Of a DNA stretch of 64,000 nt, positions 30,155-40,867 are shown in pieces. How positions within the stretch are numbered: position 1 is the first letter of the stretch; each line of letters opens with the position of its first letter. The notes below the pieces were generated by a model. That model ran no database searches and was not told the origin of the DNA. It saw only the letters and a program-made list of their open reading frames with translations. The DNA is taken from positions 3,404,797 to 3,468,796 of the forward strand of contig NZ_OZ244149.1 in the NCBI RefSeq assembly GCF_965216145.1. The letters run 5' to 3'. The position numbers and the translations under genes are program-made. Source of the stretch: Candidatus Palauibacter sp. Lineage in GTDB: Bacteria > Gemmatimonadota > Gemmatimonadetes > Palauibacterales > Palauibacteraceae.

Positions 30155-31077
30155 TCAGCCACGAGGGTGGTGGCTGCGGTGCACCTGCCGCAGATGCGAC
30201 CGGTCGACGTGCGTGTAGATCTCGGTCGTCGAAATATCCGCATGTCCGAGCATTTCCTGGACCGACGCGAGGTCGGCGCCTCCCTCGAGCAGGTGGGTCG
30301 CGAAGCTGTGGCGTAGCGTATGGGGCGTCACGTGCTTCCCGATTCCGGCGCGCGCGACATGACGCCGGAGGATCTTCCACACCCCCATCCGGCTCAGCGG
30401 ACGCCCTCGAAGATTGAGGAATACCCGCCCCTCCGAGTCCCCGCGATCGAGTTCGGGTCTCGACTCCCGAAGGTATCGGCGCACCGCCGACCGCGCAGCG
30501 GCCCCGACGGGGACCAGCCTCTCCTTCGAACCCTTGCCCCGCACGCGGACGAGTCCCTCCTCGAGGTCGACGTCCCGGACTCTCAGGTCGATGAGTTCCG
30601 ACACGCGGAGCCCGCACCCGTAGAGCAGTTCGAGGATGCTCCGGTCCCGGCGAGTGGCGCGGTCGTCGAGCGGGATCGCGCCGAGCAGCGCCTCGATCTC
30701 GGGCACCGAGAGGACATCCGGGAGATGACGTCCGGCGCGGGGCGCCTGGAGCCGCTCGCTCGGATCCGTTTCGATGACCCCTTCGAGGACGAGGAACCGG
30801 AAGTATCCCCGCAGCGCGTAAACGGCCCGCGCCACGCTCGAAGCCGCCCTTCCCTCTTCGGCGAGGCACGCGACGTGGTCGCGCAGCAGCTCGTACGAGA
30901 CCTCGCGCGGGGAGTCGGCGCCCCGCGAGATGAGAAACTCCGCCAGGCGCCGCGCTTCGCGCAGGTAGCCATCGATCGTGCGGGGGGAGAGGCCGCGCTC
31001 GAAGCTCAGATGGTCGCGGTACGACTCCAGGTGATAGGCACGTCCCGCGTCGAGGCCGCGCTCCGTCACTCCCCCTC
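30155..31077 (-). CDS. xerD: tyrosine site-specific recombinase XerD/XerC
   Basis: C-terminal HTLRHSFATHLLEGGADLASVQEMLGHADISTTEIYTHV, with R...HxxR...Y catalytic residues. The start is approximate; the ORF is over-extended upstream. Confidence 0.8.
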
Positions 31078-31704
31078 CTCGTGCTCCTCGCGGCGGCTCC
31101 GAATCCACCACCCCAGTACGACGCCCAGGACGATGGCGGCCACGACGAGGAGCCATGCGTTCACCCGGCCCAGGAGGTCGAGGAGCCGGCCTACGTTGCG
31201 CGAGGCCAGGATCCCGCCCGAGAGCATGAGCGCGTTCCAGAGCAGTGACGCCGTGACGAGCGGGACCAGGGCCCGGACGGCCCCGAGACCCGCGAACCCG
31301 GCGAAGGTGGGGACGATGACGCGCAGCACGGGGAGACAGCGGGAAAGGAAGATCGCCCACAGGCCGTGGCGCTCGTAGAAGCGGGACATGCGGTCGAGCT
31401 GGTGCGGGCGGAGGAGCCGCCGCCCCCAGCGGGTGCGGAACATGGCCGGGCCGTGCCGTCGGGCCAGTCCGAAGACGCAAATCGCGCCGCCCGCGTTCGC
31501 GACCCAGGCGGCGAGGAGCACGCCGGCCGGCTCCAGCGAGCCCCGATCGGCGAGGACCGCGCCCAGAACCACGAACGTGTCGGACGGGACCGGCGGGAAG
31601 AGGTTCTCGAGGGCGGAGCCGAGGGCGATGATCGCGTAGGCGACGACCTCGGGGATCCCGAGCAGGAAATCGAGGAGAGCCTGAACGCCGGGGACCTCAG
31701 GCAC
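31066..31704 (-). CDS. DedA family membrane protein
   Basis: DedA/SNARE-associated signature region (FLGIPEVVAYAIIALGSALENLFPPVPSDTFVV). A GTG start at 31704 overlaps the ispF stop by 8 nt. Confidence 0.7.
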   Translation of the reverse strand: MPEVPGVQALLDFLLGIPEVVAYAIIALGSALENLFPPVPSDTFVVLGAVLADRGSLEPAGVLLAAWVANAGGAICVFGLARRHGPAMFRTRWGRRLLRPHQLDRMSRFYERHGLWAIFLSRCLPVLRVIVPTFAGFAGLGAVRALVPLVTASLLWNALMLSGGILASRNVGRLLDLLGRVNAWLLVVAAIVLGVVLGWWIRSRREEHEEGE

Positions 31705-32203
31705 CGCCCGCCGCCCCTCCGGATCCGGGGGGGCCGCAGCCCACCGTCGCGACGGCGATCGCGGCCAGGCCTTCTCCCCGCCCGATCCAGCCCAGCCCCT
31801 CGTTCGATTTCCCCTTGATCGATACGGCGGCCGGGGGCACGTCGAGGGCCTCCGCCAGCCGCTCACGCATGGCCCTCGCGTGCGGCGCGATGCGGGGCCG
31901 CTCGGTGACCACGGTCACGTCGACGTTGCCCACGCGGAACCCGCGCCCCCGCAACCGCCGCACCGCGGCGGCCAGCAGGGCGACCGAGTCCGCCCCCTCA
32001 TGGGCGGGATCCGTATCGGGGAACATGGCGCCGATGTCGCCGAGGCCCGCGGCCCCGAGGACGGCGTCCGTGATCGCGTGCGCGACCGCATCGCCGTCGG
32101 AGTGGCCCTTCAAACCGGGGACATCCGGGATGACCACACCGCCCAGCACGAGCGGCCGCGTCTCATCGAAGCGATGAGAGTCGAAGCCGACGCCGACCCG
32201 CAC
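31697..32203 (-). CDS. ispF: 2-C-methyl-D-erythritol 2,4-cyclodiphosphate synthase
   Basis: MRVGVGFDSHRF...GHSDGDAVAHAITDA motifs. Confidence 0.9.
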   Translation of the reverse strand: MRVGVGFDSHRFDETRPLVLGGVVIPDVPGLKGHSDGDAVAHAITDAVLGAAGLGDIGAMFPDTDPAHEGADSVALLAAAVRRLRGRGFRVGNVDVTVVTERPRIAPHARAMRERLAEALDVPPAAVSIKGKSNEGLGWIGRGEGLAAIAVATVGCGPPGSGGAAGGA

Positions 32204-32230
32204 GGGAGGACCGATCCCCGCGGGCGTCGC

Positions 32231-32686
32231 TCAGCCCCCCGCCACGGCCAGGATACGGAGGGCGAGGTGGGCCGCGTTCTTCGCGTTATCGATGCCGACG
32301 GCGGCAACCGGGACGCCGGGGGGCATCTGCGCGCACGAGAGCAGCGCGTCGAGGCCCCCGAGGGTTCCCGCGGAGACCGGGACGCCGATGACCGGGAGAG
32401 AGGTGTGCGCCGCGACCACGCCGGGCAGCGCCGCCGACAATCCCGCTCCGCAGATGACGACGGCGTGGCCCGCCGCCTGCGCGCCCGTGGCGAGGGCCGC
32501 CGTCCGCTCGGGCTGCCGGTGCGCCGAACTCACCTCGACCTGCACATCGACCCCTGCTTCACGCAGGATCGACACGCCTTTCTCCATCGTGGGCATGTCC
32601 GATTCGGACCCCATCATCACCAGCACTGAACTCATTGCATTCTCCCCGGCGCGTTCTCCCGGCTGACCGCCCGTAGCGCGCGACAC
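32231..32686 (-). CDS. purE: 5-(carboxyamino)imidazole ribonucleotide mutase
   Basis: VLVMMGSESD...GAGLSAALPGVVAAHTSLPVIGVPV. The start may be the internal Met at 32635. Confidence 0.85.
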   Translation of the reverse strand: MSRATGGQPGERAGENAMSSVLVMMGSESDMPTMEKGVSILREAGVDVQVEVSSAHRQPERTAALATGAQAAGHAVVICGAGLSAALPGVVAAHTSLPVIGVPVSAGTLGGLDALLSCAQMPPGVPVAAVGIDNAKNAAHLALRILAVAGG

Positions 32687-32701
32687 CCGCGCGCGGGGCG
32701 T

Positions 32702-33952
32702 CTACTCTCCGTCCCAGCGGCGTATGGCCAGACACGCGTTGTGGCCGCCGAAGCCGAAGGAGTTCGACAGGGCGGCGGTGACCGGCCGTTCGATGACCCC
32801 TCCGTGCGCGTACTCGAGGTCGCACTGGGGGTCGGCTTCCTCGAAGTTGATCGTGGGAGGGATGACGCCGGTCCGGCACACGAGGGCGGAAATCGCCCCC
32901 TCGATCGCGCCCGCCGCCCCCAGCGTGTGCCCCGTCATCGATTTCGTGGAGCCGACCACGATCGACCGGGCATGATCTCCCAGTACGTCCTTGATCGCTT
33001 TCGTCTCCGTCGCGTCGTTGGCGGGCGTCGAAGTCCCGTGCGCGTTGATGTATCCGATATCCGACGGTGCGAGCCCCGCATCATCGAGCGCGTGCTGCAT
33101 CGCCAGGCGGGCGCCGGAGCCACCCGGTGCCGGCGCGGTCATGTGGTACGCGTCCGCGCTCTGCCCGAACCCCACGATCTCCCCCAGGATCTCTGCCCCG
33201 CGGGCCCTCGCATGCTCCAACTCCTCGAGGATGAACATCCCCGCCCCCTCCCCGAGGACAAAGCCGTCCCGCTTGGCGTCGAAAGGGCGGGAGGCCCGCT
33301 CCGGGTCGTCGTTGCGCGTCGACATCGCCTTCATCGACGCGAACCCGGCCACCGTGAGCGGCGTAATCGTGGACTCGCTCCCCCCGGTGATCATGACGTC
33401 GGCCTCGCCGTTCCGGATCGAGCGGAAGGCCAGTCCGACCGAGTGTCCGCTGGAGGCGCACGCCGAGACGGTCGCGTAGTTCGGGCCCTGCGCCCCGTAC
33501 CGCATCGACACCATCCCCGCGGCCATGTCCGGGATGAACATGGGGATGAAGAAGGGTGAGACGCGCTTGGGGCCGCCCTCGAGCAGCTTCTTGTGCTGGG
33601 CCTCGAGGAGCGGGAGCCCGCCGATTCCGACGCCGATGATCACGCCGGCCCGGTCTGGAGGCAGGTCGGCGAACCCGTCCGCGAACCCCGCCTGCGCCAT
33701 GGCCTGTTCGGCGGTCGCGATCGCGAACTGGAGGAAGCGGCCCGCCCGGCGGGCGTCCTTCCGGCCCATGTACTGCGACGGGTCGAAGTCATCTACTTCG
33801 CAGGCGAAGCGGACGGACTGATCGGAAGCGTTGAAGAGCGTGATGGGACCTGCCCCGCTGACCCCTCCGAGCAGGGCATCCCAGGTCGCGTCTGCGTCGA
33901 GGCCGACCGCGGTGACCATCCCGACCCCGGTGATCGCAACACGTCTTTTCAT
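32702..33952 (-). CDS. fabF: beta-ketoacyl-ACP synthase II
   Basis: Active-site region SACASSGHS, HGTSTPANDATE, and C-terminal FGFGGHNACL. 416 aa. Confidence 0.9.
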   Translation of the reverse strand: MKRRVAITGVGMVTAVGLDADATWDALLGGVSGAGPITLFNASDQSVRFACEVDDFDPSQYMGRKDARRAGRFLQFAIATAEQAMAQAGFADGFADLPPDRAGVIIGVGIGGLPLLEAQHKKLLEGGPKRVSPFFIPMFIPDMAAGMVSMRYGAQGPNYATVSACASSGHSVGLAFRSIRNGEADVMITGGSESTITPLTVAGFASMKAMSTRNDDPERASRPFDAKRDGFVLGEGAGMFILEELEHARARGAEILGEIVGFGQSADAYHMTAPAPGGSGARLAMQHALDDAGLAPSDIGYINAHGTSTPANDATETKAIKDVLGDHARSIVVGSTKSMTGHTLGAAGAIEGAISALVCRTGVIPPTINFEEADPQCDLEYAHGGVIERPVTAALSNSFGFGGHNACLAIRRWDGE

Positions 33953-33975
33953 TCGATGCGAAGCAGTGGGGGCGT

Positions 33976-34209
33976 CTATGCCTTCGAGTCCAGGTATTCG
34001 ATCGCCTCCCCGACGGTCTGCATCGTTTCCGCATCCTCGTCCGGAATCTCGATCCCGAACTCCTCTTCGAAGGCCATCACGAGTTCTACGGTGTCGAGAG
34101 AGTCGGCGCCGAGATCATCGACGAAGTTGGCCTCGTCGACCACTTTCTCCTGCTCCACGCCGAGTTCCTGCGCGATGATTTCCCGCACTCGTGCAGCGGT
34201 GTCCGACAT
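33976..34209 (-). CDS. acpP: acyl carrier protein
   Basis: [27 protein letters not shown] with the phosphopantetheine Ser. 77 aa. Confidence 0.92.
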   Translation of the reverse strand: MSDTAARVREIIAQELGVEQEKVVDEANFVDDLGADSLDTVELVMAFEEEFGIEIPDEDAETMQTVGEAIEYLDSKA

Positions 34210-34317
34210 TTGCGTACTCTCCTTGTAAGAAGGGGGCCTGCCGCGGCCCCACCGGTGTCGCTCGCGAGCGCGTAATATGCGCTCTCGGGCCGCTCTGCCA
34301 AACGTCCCGCGGAAGTC

Positions 34318-35061
34318 CTACGGATGCATCACCATGCCGCCGTCCACGACGATGACCTGTCCCGTGACGTACGAAGCCCCGGGACCGACCAGAAAGCGGA
34401 CGACCGTGGCGACATCCGACGGGGACCCCGGCCGACCGAGGGGAATCTTCGCCGACATCGCCTCGCGCACGCTTTCGGGCAGCCCGGAGGTCATGTCGGT
34501 TTCGATGAACCCCGGTGCGACGGCGTTGGCCCGGACGCCCCGACTCGCCAGTTCCTGGGCGATGCTCTGCGTGAACGAGATCAGGGCCGCCTTGGCCGCC
34601 GCATAGTTGGACTGGCCCCGGTTGCCCGTCAAGGCCACGACGCTCGAGATGTTCACGATGTTTCCCGCTCGCCGTTTCATCATCGGGCGGGCGACGGCCC
34701 GCACGAGATAGAAGGCGCCCGAGAGGTTCGTATCGAGGACGGCCTGCCAGTCCTCATCCTTGAGGCGCAGCACGATGTTGTCCCGCGCGATCCCCGCGTT
34801 GTTCACGAGGATCGTCGCGGCTCCGAGCCGCTCCGAGACTGCCTCGACGAGACCCCGGCAGGCGGTCGAATCCGACACGTCGCAACCGAAACCCGCGTGC
34901 CCGGAACCGGGGAGCCCTTCGGCCACGACCTGCGCCCGGTCCGCGGCGGTGCCGACGACCGCCACCCGGGCCCCCGCCTCGGCCAGTTCCGCAGCGATCC
35001 CGCGGCCGATGCCTCGCGTCGCACCCGTGACGATCGCGACCTCACCCGTGAGTTCGCTCAT
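34318..35061 (-). CDS. fabG: 3-oxoacyl-ACP reductase
   Basis: SDR family: TGATRGIGRGIA, NAG, YAAAKAAL catalytic motif. Confidence 0.88.
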   Translation of the reverse strand: MSELTGEVAIVTGATRGIGRGIAAELAEAGARVAVVGTAADRAQVVAEGLPGSGHAGFGCDVSDSTACRGLVEAVSERLGAATILVNNAGIARDNIVLRLKDEDWQAVLDTNLSGAFYLVRAVARPMMKRRAGNIVNISSVVALTGNRGQSNYAAAKAALISFTQSIAQELASRGVRANAVAPGFIETDMTSGLPESVREAMSAKIPLGRPGSPSDVATVVRFLVGPGASYVTGQVIVVDGGMVMHP

Positions 35062-35995
35062 TCCACCCCCTTGAGGTAGGCATCCACCGAGGGCGAGTCA
35101 CCCACCGGGGTGACCCGGAGGCCGCGATCGATGCGGCGGGCCAGGCCGGAGAGGACGTTGCCGGGTCCCACCTCGAGCCAGCGCGATGGCCCGATGCCGC
35201 GGATGCGGGCAACCCCCTCCATCCAGCGAACCGGGGACGTCAGCTGCATGATCAGCGTGCTGCGCGCCGTCGCCGAGTCCGTCACGCAGGCCGCGGTCGC
35301 GTTCGAGACCACCGGGAACGATGGGTCGGCCCAGGCCGCCGCTTCGAGGGCGGTAGCCAGCCCCTCCGCGGCCGCCCCCATGAGGGGCGAGTGGAAGGCG
35401 CCGCTCACGTTCAGGGGGACCACGCGCCGGGCGCCGGCCTCCCGGGCGAGCGTGCCCGCCGTGGCGACCGCCTCCACCTCGCCGCTGATCACGACCTGGC
35501 CGGCCGCGTTCAGGTTGGCGGGCACGACCACGCCCGCGCGGCTACCCGCCCGCGCGCAGACCGCGGCCACGGCATCGGCGTCGAGTCCGAGGACGGCGGC
35601 CATCGTCCCCGGCCGGGCGGCCCCGGACGCCCCCATCAGCCGGCCGCGTTCCCTTACGATCCGAAGACCGTCCTCGAATCCGAACGCGCCCGAGACGAGA
35701 TAGGCGGACAGCTCGCCGAGCGAGTGCCCCGCCCCGGCCGCGACGGGGCCGGTGCGCCCGGCGATCAACCGCCACACGGCCCACGAATGGAGCATGATCG
35801 CGGGCTGTGCATTCGCGGTGGCCCGCAGTTCCTCCTCGGGGCCCTTCCAGCAGAGCCGGCTCAACCGCATCTCGAGCGCATCGTCGGCCCGCTCGTACAG
35901 CTCCCGGATCGACGAATCGTCCTCCGCCAGATCCCGGCCCATACCCACGTACTGAGACCCCTGGCCCGGGAAGAGGAGAGCGGCACCGCTCACGC
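35058..35995 (-). CDS. fabD: malonyl CoA-ACP transacylase
   Basis: LLFPGQGSQYVGMG and GHSLGELSA active site. A GTG start at 35993-35995 abuts the plsX stop. The upstream Arg-rich ORF extension is rejected. Confidence 0.85.
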
Positions 35996-36964
35996 CCCAC
36001 CCTCCCGCGTGAGGGCCGCCCCGATCCCCGCGGTGAATCCCGACGCGGCGCCATCGGCCGCCGTCCGGATCCCGTTCATGATCGCCCGTGCCGGCGAGGC
36101 GCCGTGACAGATCACGGACACGCCGTCCACGCCGAGCAGGGGGGCGCCGCCATACTCCGTGTAGTCGAGAAAGCGCAGTGCCTCGCCGAGTTCTCCTCCC
36201 GCCCCGACGCCCGCCTTCCGGAACACCTGCAGGACGAACTCCGCGATCGACTCGTAGAACTTGAGGAGGACGTTCCCGACGAAGCCGCCGCATACGAGCA
36301 CATCGCACGCTCCGGTCACGATGTCGTGCCCCTCCACGTTGCCGACGAACTCGAGGTCGGGGTCGGCGGCGAGGCGTCCGTGGGCCGTGGTGACCACCCC
36401 CCCTCCCCGCTCCTCCTCCTCGCCCATGTTCAGGAGCCCGACCCGCGGGCGCTTCAGCGAGAGCACATGCCGGAGGTAGATCGACCCGAGGTGGGCGAAC
36501 TGGTGCAACTGGTGCGGTTGCGCGTCGACGTTCGCCCCCACGTCGAGGACGAGCACGCGGCCCGTCGCGGTCGGGAAGAGGGCGCCGACGGGCGGCCGGT
36601 CGACGCCCGGGAGCAGGCCGAGCGTGAGCACGGAGGCCACCACGGTCGCCCCCGTGGAGCCCGCGGACACGAAGGCGTCCGCCTCGCCATCGCGGACCGC
36701 CTCGAGCCCGCGGACCACGGTGCTATCCGGCTTCCGGCGCACCGCCAGGGCCGGCGCTTCGGCGGGATCGATCCGCTCTTCGGCCGCGAGCCAGGCGACG
36801 CGATCGCCCGGGAACCCCTCCAACGCACCGACCGCCGTGTCCTCGGGCCCCACGAGCACGAGGAAGATGTCGCCGGGCCACGCGGCGAGCGCTCTCCGCG
36901 CGCCGGCCAGGGCGGCGTCGGGCGCGGCGTCGCCCCCCAGAAGGTCGAGGGCTACACGAATCAT
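35990..36964 (-). CDS. plsX: phosphate acyltransferase PlsX
   Basis: MIRVALDLLGGDAAP N-terminus and LNMGEEE motif. 324 aa. Confidence 0.88.
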   Translation of the reverse strand: MIRVALDLLGGDAAPDAALAGARRALAAWPGDIFLVLVGPEDTAVGALEGFPGDRVAWLAAEERIDPAEAPALAVRRKPDSTVVRGLEAVRDGEADAFVSAGSTGATVVASVLTLGLLPGVDRPPVGALFPTATGRVLVLDVGANVDAQPHQLHQFAHLGSIYLRHVLSLKRPRVGLLNMGEEEERGGGVVTTAHGRLAADPDLEFVGNVEGHDIVTGACDVLVCGGFVGNVLLKFYESIAEFVLQVFRKAGVGAGGELGEALRFLDYTEYGGAPLLGVDGVSVICHGASPARAIMNGIRTAADGAASGFTAGIGAALTREGGA

Positions 36965-37019
36965 TTGAGGGTCGGTCGACGGGGCCCGGTCGCCTTGCGA
37001 GGGCGGCCGCGCGCGCGCG

Positions 37020-37202
37020 TCAAAAGTCTTCGATCCGGACGACCTCGCGGGCCGCGTAGTGGCCGCAGGTCACACAGACCCGGTGCGGTCGCTTGGGGTC
37101 TCCGCAATTCGGGCACGCCTGGTGCGCGGTGTCCTGCGCCTTGTGGTGCGTACGCCGCTTTCGCTTGCGCTGCTTCGACGTGCGTCGCTTGGGAACGGCC
37201 AT
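37020..37202 (-). CDS. rpmF: 50S ribosomal protein L32
   Basis: [21 protein letters not shown]...[20 protein letters not shown]. Confidence 0.92.
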   Translation of the reverse strand: MAVPKRRTSKQRKRKRRTHHKAQDTAHQACPNCGDPKRPHRVCVTCGHYAAREVVRIEDF

Positions 37203-37267
37203 ATCGTCAACTCACTCCTGTGCGGTTCGGGCTGAACAGGGTAACTGGCGGTCTCTCCCTTCGAATG

Positions 37268-37801
37268 TCAACCCAGGTTCTCGAGCGCCGTCCAGCGCGG
37301 ATCCGGCCCCGGAGGCGGGCAATCGCAGCTCTCGTCGGCGAGCCGCACGCCGCACCTCGGGCACAGGCCGGGACACTCGGCCGAACACTCGACCCAGGCC
37401 GGCGCGTGCACCCACAACTCCTCCCGGACCGGCCCCGCCAGATCCAGCTCGCCGGCTTCGACCTCCAGGGCCCAGACGCCTTCTTCACCGGGCGTGATCC
37501 GGGCGGACGGGCGAAACATCACATCCCACTCCGTAACGACCTCCGCCCGGGTCGGGGCCAGACAGCGCCGGCACGCGACCGTGGTACGCGCGGCGAGCCT
37601 TCCTCGCGCCCGCACTCCGTCGCGGCCCGCGCGACGAATCTCCACTTCGAGATCCACGCGCTCGAAGGCGAGCGGCAACTCGCCGAGCAGTTCCCCCGGC
37701 GCCTCCAGCCGGAGCGTCCGTTCGATCGGGCCCTGGTCGAGCCCGGCGAGTCCGATCCTGGTCGGCTCCGTCACGACCTTCCGGTCGCGCCGCTGCTTCA
37801 C
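37268..37801 (-). CDS. yceD: YceD/DUF177 family protein (23S rRNA accumulation protein)
   Basis: Conserved position upstream of rpmF-plsX. C-terminal CxxC...CxxC (CSAECPGLCPRCG...DESCDC). Confidence 0.75.
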   Translation of the reverse strand: MKQRRDRKVVTEPTRIGLAGLDQGPIERTLRLEAPGELLGELPLAFERVDLEVEIRRAGRDGVRARGRLAARTTVACRRCLAPTRAEVVTEWDVMFRPSARITPGEEGVWALEVEAGELDLAGPVREELWVHAPAWVECSAECPGLCPRCGVRLADESCDCPPPGPDPRWTALENLG

Positions 37802-38223
37802 CCCGTCGAGATGAGGTCGACCTCCCCGAAGAAGAAGCCGAGTTCCCGCCTCGCGTTCTCCTCGGAGTCGGATCCGTGGACCGCGTTCCGTTCCTTGCTC
37901 TCCGCGTAGAGGGCGCGCACCGTTCCCGGCGCCGCCTCCGCGGGATCCGTCGCCCCGATGACCTCGCGGAGGTACGGCACCGCGCGCTCATGGTCGAGGG
38001 CGAGCGCCATGCACGGCCCCGACGTCATGAACTCGACCAGCGACCCGAAGAAGGGGCGCTCCCGGTGCACGACATAGAACGCCTCCGCGGCGGCGCGCCC
38101 GAGCCGCAGGACCCTCGCCCCCCGAATGGCGAACCCGGCCTCGTCCAGCACGGCGAGTACCCTGCCCGCCTTCCCCGAGCCGAACGCATCGGGCTTGATG
38201 ATCGCCAGCGTCATCCTCTGCAC
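37798..38223 (-). CDS. ndk: nucleoside diphosphate kinase
   Basis: TLAIIKPDA...NAVHGSDS motifs, 141 aa. Confidence 0.9.
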   Translation of the reverse strand: MQRMTLAIIKPDAFGSGKAGRVLAVLDEAGFAIRGARVLRLGRAAAEAFYVVHRERPFFGSLVEFMTSGPCMALALDHERAVPYLREVIGATDPAEAAPGTVRALYAESKERNAVHGSDSEENARRELGFFFGEVDLISTG

Positions 38224-38227
38224 GGCC

Positions 38228-38698
38228 TCACCCCCCCTTCGTTTCCTCGTCCGTGTCGATGCCTGTGTCGATGTCCGAGTCCATCTCGGCCACGTCGCGG
38301 CGCAGGAGTCGCCGGATGATGTCGCCGCGCGTGAGGAAGCCGACCAGTTGACCCTCGCGGACGACCGGCAGACGCTCGATCTCCTTGTCGAGCATGAGCC
38401 GGACGACGTCGGCCAGCGGTTCGCTCTCGTTCACGCACATCACGGTCCGTTCCATGATGTCCCGCACGCTGCCCGTGACGAAGCCGACGTCCGGGCGCCC
38501 GGCCCGGGCCCGCTCGAGCTGGGGAAGGAAGTGCGTCATGAGTTGGCGGTCCGTGAGCATGCCGAGCACGTGCCCCTCATCATCGATCACCGGCACCGCG
38601 CGTAACCTGCGGCGAACGATCACGGCCGCCGCCTCCTTGAGCGCCATGCCGGGCTCGGCCGTAATCACCTCGCGGGTCATGATCTCGCGTACTTCCAT
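38228..38698 (-). CDS. CBS domain pair protein
   Basis: Two CBS-like repeats (IMTREVITAEPGMAL... and IMERTVMCVNESEPL...). Confidence 0.7.
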   Translation of the reverse strand: MEVREIMTREVITAEPGMALKEAAAVIVRRRLRAVPVIDDEGHVLGMLTDRQLMTHFLPQLERARAGRPDVGFVTGSVRDIMERTVMCVNESEPLADVVRLMLDKEIERLPVVREGQLVGFLTRGDIIRRLLRRDVAEMDSDIDTGIDTDEETKGG

Positions 38699-38767
38699 CG
38701 CCCGCCTCCTGGTGTTGCGCGTCCATCCGCCGCCCGGCCTCGTGTACCCGGCGGGGCCGGGTAACGC

Positions 38768-39637
38768 CTACAGGCGGTCGCGCATGAGTCCGACCAGGTC
38801 GGCCGGTCTGCGCGCCACGCCGATTCCGTTCCGCTCGAAGGTGCGAATCTTCTCCTCCGCCGTCCCCTCGGAGCCCGAGATGATCGCCCCTGCGTGCCCC
38901 ATGCGCCGGCCCGGCGGGGCCGTCTGGCCCGCGATGAAGCCGACGACCGGCTTGCTCATCTCGCGCGCCACGAACTCCGCGGCCACCTGCTCGTCGGTCC
39001 CCCCGATCTCGCCGATCACGGCGACGGCCTCCGTCTCCCGATCGTCCTCGAACGCGGCCAGACAATCGACGAAATCCGTGCCGATGAGCGGGTCGCCCCC
39101 GATGCCGACGCAGGCCGACTGCCCGATCCCCGCCCGCGTGAGCTGGAATATGACCTCGTAGGTCAGCGTTCCGGAGCGACTCACGATGCCCACGGGGCCC
39201 TCACGCACGATCTGGCCCGGGAGGATGCCGACCTTGCAGCGGCCGGGCACGATGGCGCCCGGGCAGTTGGGCCCGATGAGCCGCGCCCCCTTCTCCCTCA
39301 CGTACGGCAGCACCCGGAGCATGTCCCCGACCGGAACGCCCTCCGTGATGCACACGATGAGCGAGATCCCCGCGTCGGCCGACTCGAATATCGCGTCCGC
39401 GGCGAAGCGGGCGGGCACGTAGATCACGCTCGTGTTCGCGCCGGCCCGGGCCACCGCCTCCTCCACCGTGTCGAAGACGGGTACGGCGCCGTCGAACCGC
39501 TGTCCGCCCTTGCCCGGCGTCACGCCGGCCACGACTCGCGTGCCGTACTCCATCATCTGCCGCGCGTGGAACGAACCATCGCGTCCGGTGATCCCCTGGA
39601 CGACGAGCCTCGTGTCCTCTCCGATGAAGATCGCCAC
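38768..39637 (-). CDS. sucD: succinyl-CoA ligase [ADP-forming] subunit alpha
   Basis: [12 protein letters not shown], CoA-binding region, phosphohistidine region GHAGAIISG. Confidence 0.92.
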   Translation of the reverse strand: MAIFIGEDTRLVVQGITGRDGSFHARQMMEYGTRVVAGVTPGKGGQRFDGAVPVFDTVEEAVARAGANTSVIYVPARFAADAIFESADAGISLIVCITEGVPVGDMLRVLPYVREKGARLIGPNCPGAIVPGRCKVGILPGQIVREGPVGIVSRSGTLTYEVIFQLTRAGIGQSACVGIGGDPLIGTDFVDCLAAFEDDRETEAVAVIGEIGGTDEQVAAEFVAREMSKPVVGFIAGQTAPPGRRMGHAGAIISGSEGTAEEKIRTFERNGIGVARRPADLVGLMRDRL

Positions 39638-40768
39638 CTAATTCCCCCTTCGGACGGCGGTCTCCACCGCCCGGTCCATGTCGATCATGGCCTCGAAGCC
39701 GTGCTCCGCGAGGATCGCGACCCCTTCTTCCTCGTTCGTCCCCGTGAGGCGGATGGTGATCGGGACCCGCAACTCCATGCGGCTCGTCGCCTCCACGATC
39801 CCGTTCGCCACGTCGTCGCAGCGCGTGATCCCGCCGAAGATGTTGAACAGGATCGACGTCACGCCCGGATCCTCGGTCATGAGTTCGAGCGCCGTCACCA
39901 CCTTTTCGGGATTGGAGGAACCGCCGATGTCGAGGAAGTTCGCGGGCTCCCCGCCGTAGTACTTGACCAGGTCCATCGTGGCCATGGCGAGTCCGGCCCC
40001 GTTCACGCAGCACCCGACGTTGCCATCCAGCTGGATGTAGGAGAGTTCGGCTTCGCGCGCCCGCACCTCCGCAGGGTTCTCCGCCTCGAGGTCGCGCAAC
40101 GCCGCGATGTCGGGCAGTCGGAAGAGGGCGTTGTCGTCGATGTTCATCTTGGCGTCGATCGCCTTCACTTCCCCGGCCGGGTTCACGATCAGCGGGTTGA
40201 TCTCCGCCAGGGTGGCGCCGCTCGCCCGATAGGCCTCGTAGAGCTTGCCGAGGATCGAGGCCGCCTGCCGGGCCGCGCGCGGGTCGTCGTAGAGATGGTG
40301 GCCGAGGAGCGTCGCCTGATGGTTCAGGAGACCGTAACGCGGGTCGACGGCCAGCTTGCGGATCGCCTCCGGCATCGTGGCGGCGACTTCCTCGATGTCC
40401 ACGCCACCCTCCGAAGAGACCATGATCGTGTCCGCCTGCCGCGCCCGGTCGAGGACGATCCCCACGTAGGCCTCGGAGGCGATCTCCTCGGCCGGCGCGA
40501 CGAGGACCCTCCGCACCTCGATGCCCTTGATTTTCATGCCCAGGATATGTTCGGCATTTATTCGGGCCTCCGCCGGTGAAGCCGCCAGCTTCACGCCCCC
40601 CGCCTTTCCACGTCCCCCCGCATGGATCTGAGCCTTGACCACGACCCTTCCGCCGAATCGCTCCGCCGCCGCGGCCGCTTCATCGGGGGTCGTCGCGACC
40701 TCCGCGTCCGGCACGGGGATGCCATGGCTCGCGAAAATCCGCCTGGCCTGGAATTCGTGAATGTTCAT
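39638..40768 (-). CDS. sucC: succinyl-CoA ligase subunit beta
   Basis: MNIHEFQARRIFASHGIPVP ATP-grasp N-terminus. sucD follows with a 1-nt gap. Confidence 0.92.
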   Translation of the reverse strand: MNIHEFQARRIFASHGIPVPDAEVATTPDEAAAAAERFGGRVVVKAQIHAGGRGKAGGVKLAASPAEARINAEHILGMKIKGIEVRRVLVAPAEEIASEAYVGIVLDRARQADTIMVSSEGGVDIEEVAATMPEAIRKLAVDPRYGLLNHQATLLGHHLYDDPRAARQAASILGKLYEAYRASGATLAEINPLIVNPAGEVKAIDAKMNIDDNALFRLPDIAALRDLEAENPAEVRAREAELSYIQLDGNVGCCVNGAGLAMATMDLVKYYGGEPANFLDIGGSSNPEKVVTALELMTEDPGVTSILFNIFGGITRCDDVANGIVEATSRMELRVPITIRLTGTNEEEGVAILAEHGFEAMIDMDRAVETAVRRGN

Positions 40769-40867
40769 CTGATCGTCGTTCGACTCTCCGCTGGAAGGGC
40801 CCGAATCCGGGGACCCTCAATGTCGCGTTCACCTGCCGCAGGGGCCACCGCCGGCCCGCCGGCGACC

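Noticed and set aside
30024-30869. 281-aa minus-strand ORF overlapping xerD in another frame
   Set aside because: Arg/Pro/Gly-rich junk translation. The xerD frame carries the complete tyrosine-recombinase catalytic motifs.
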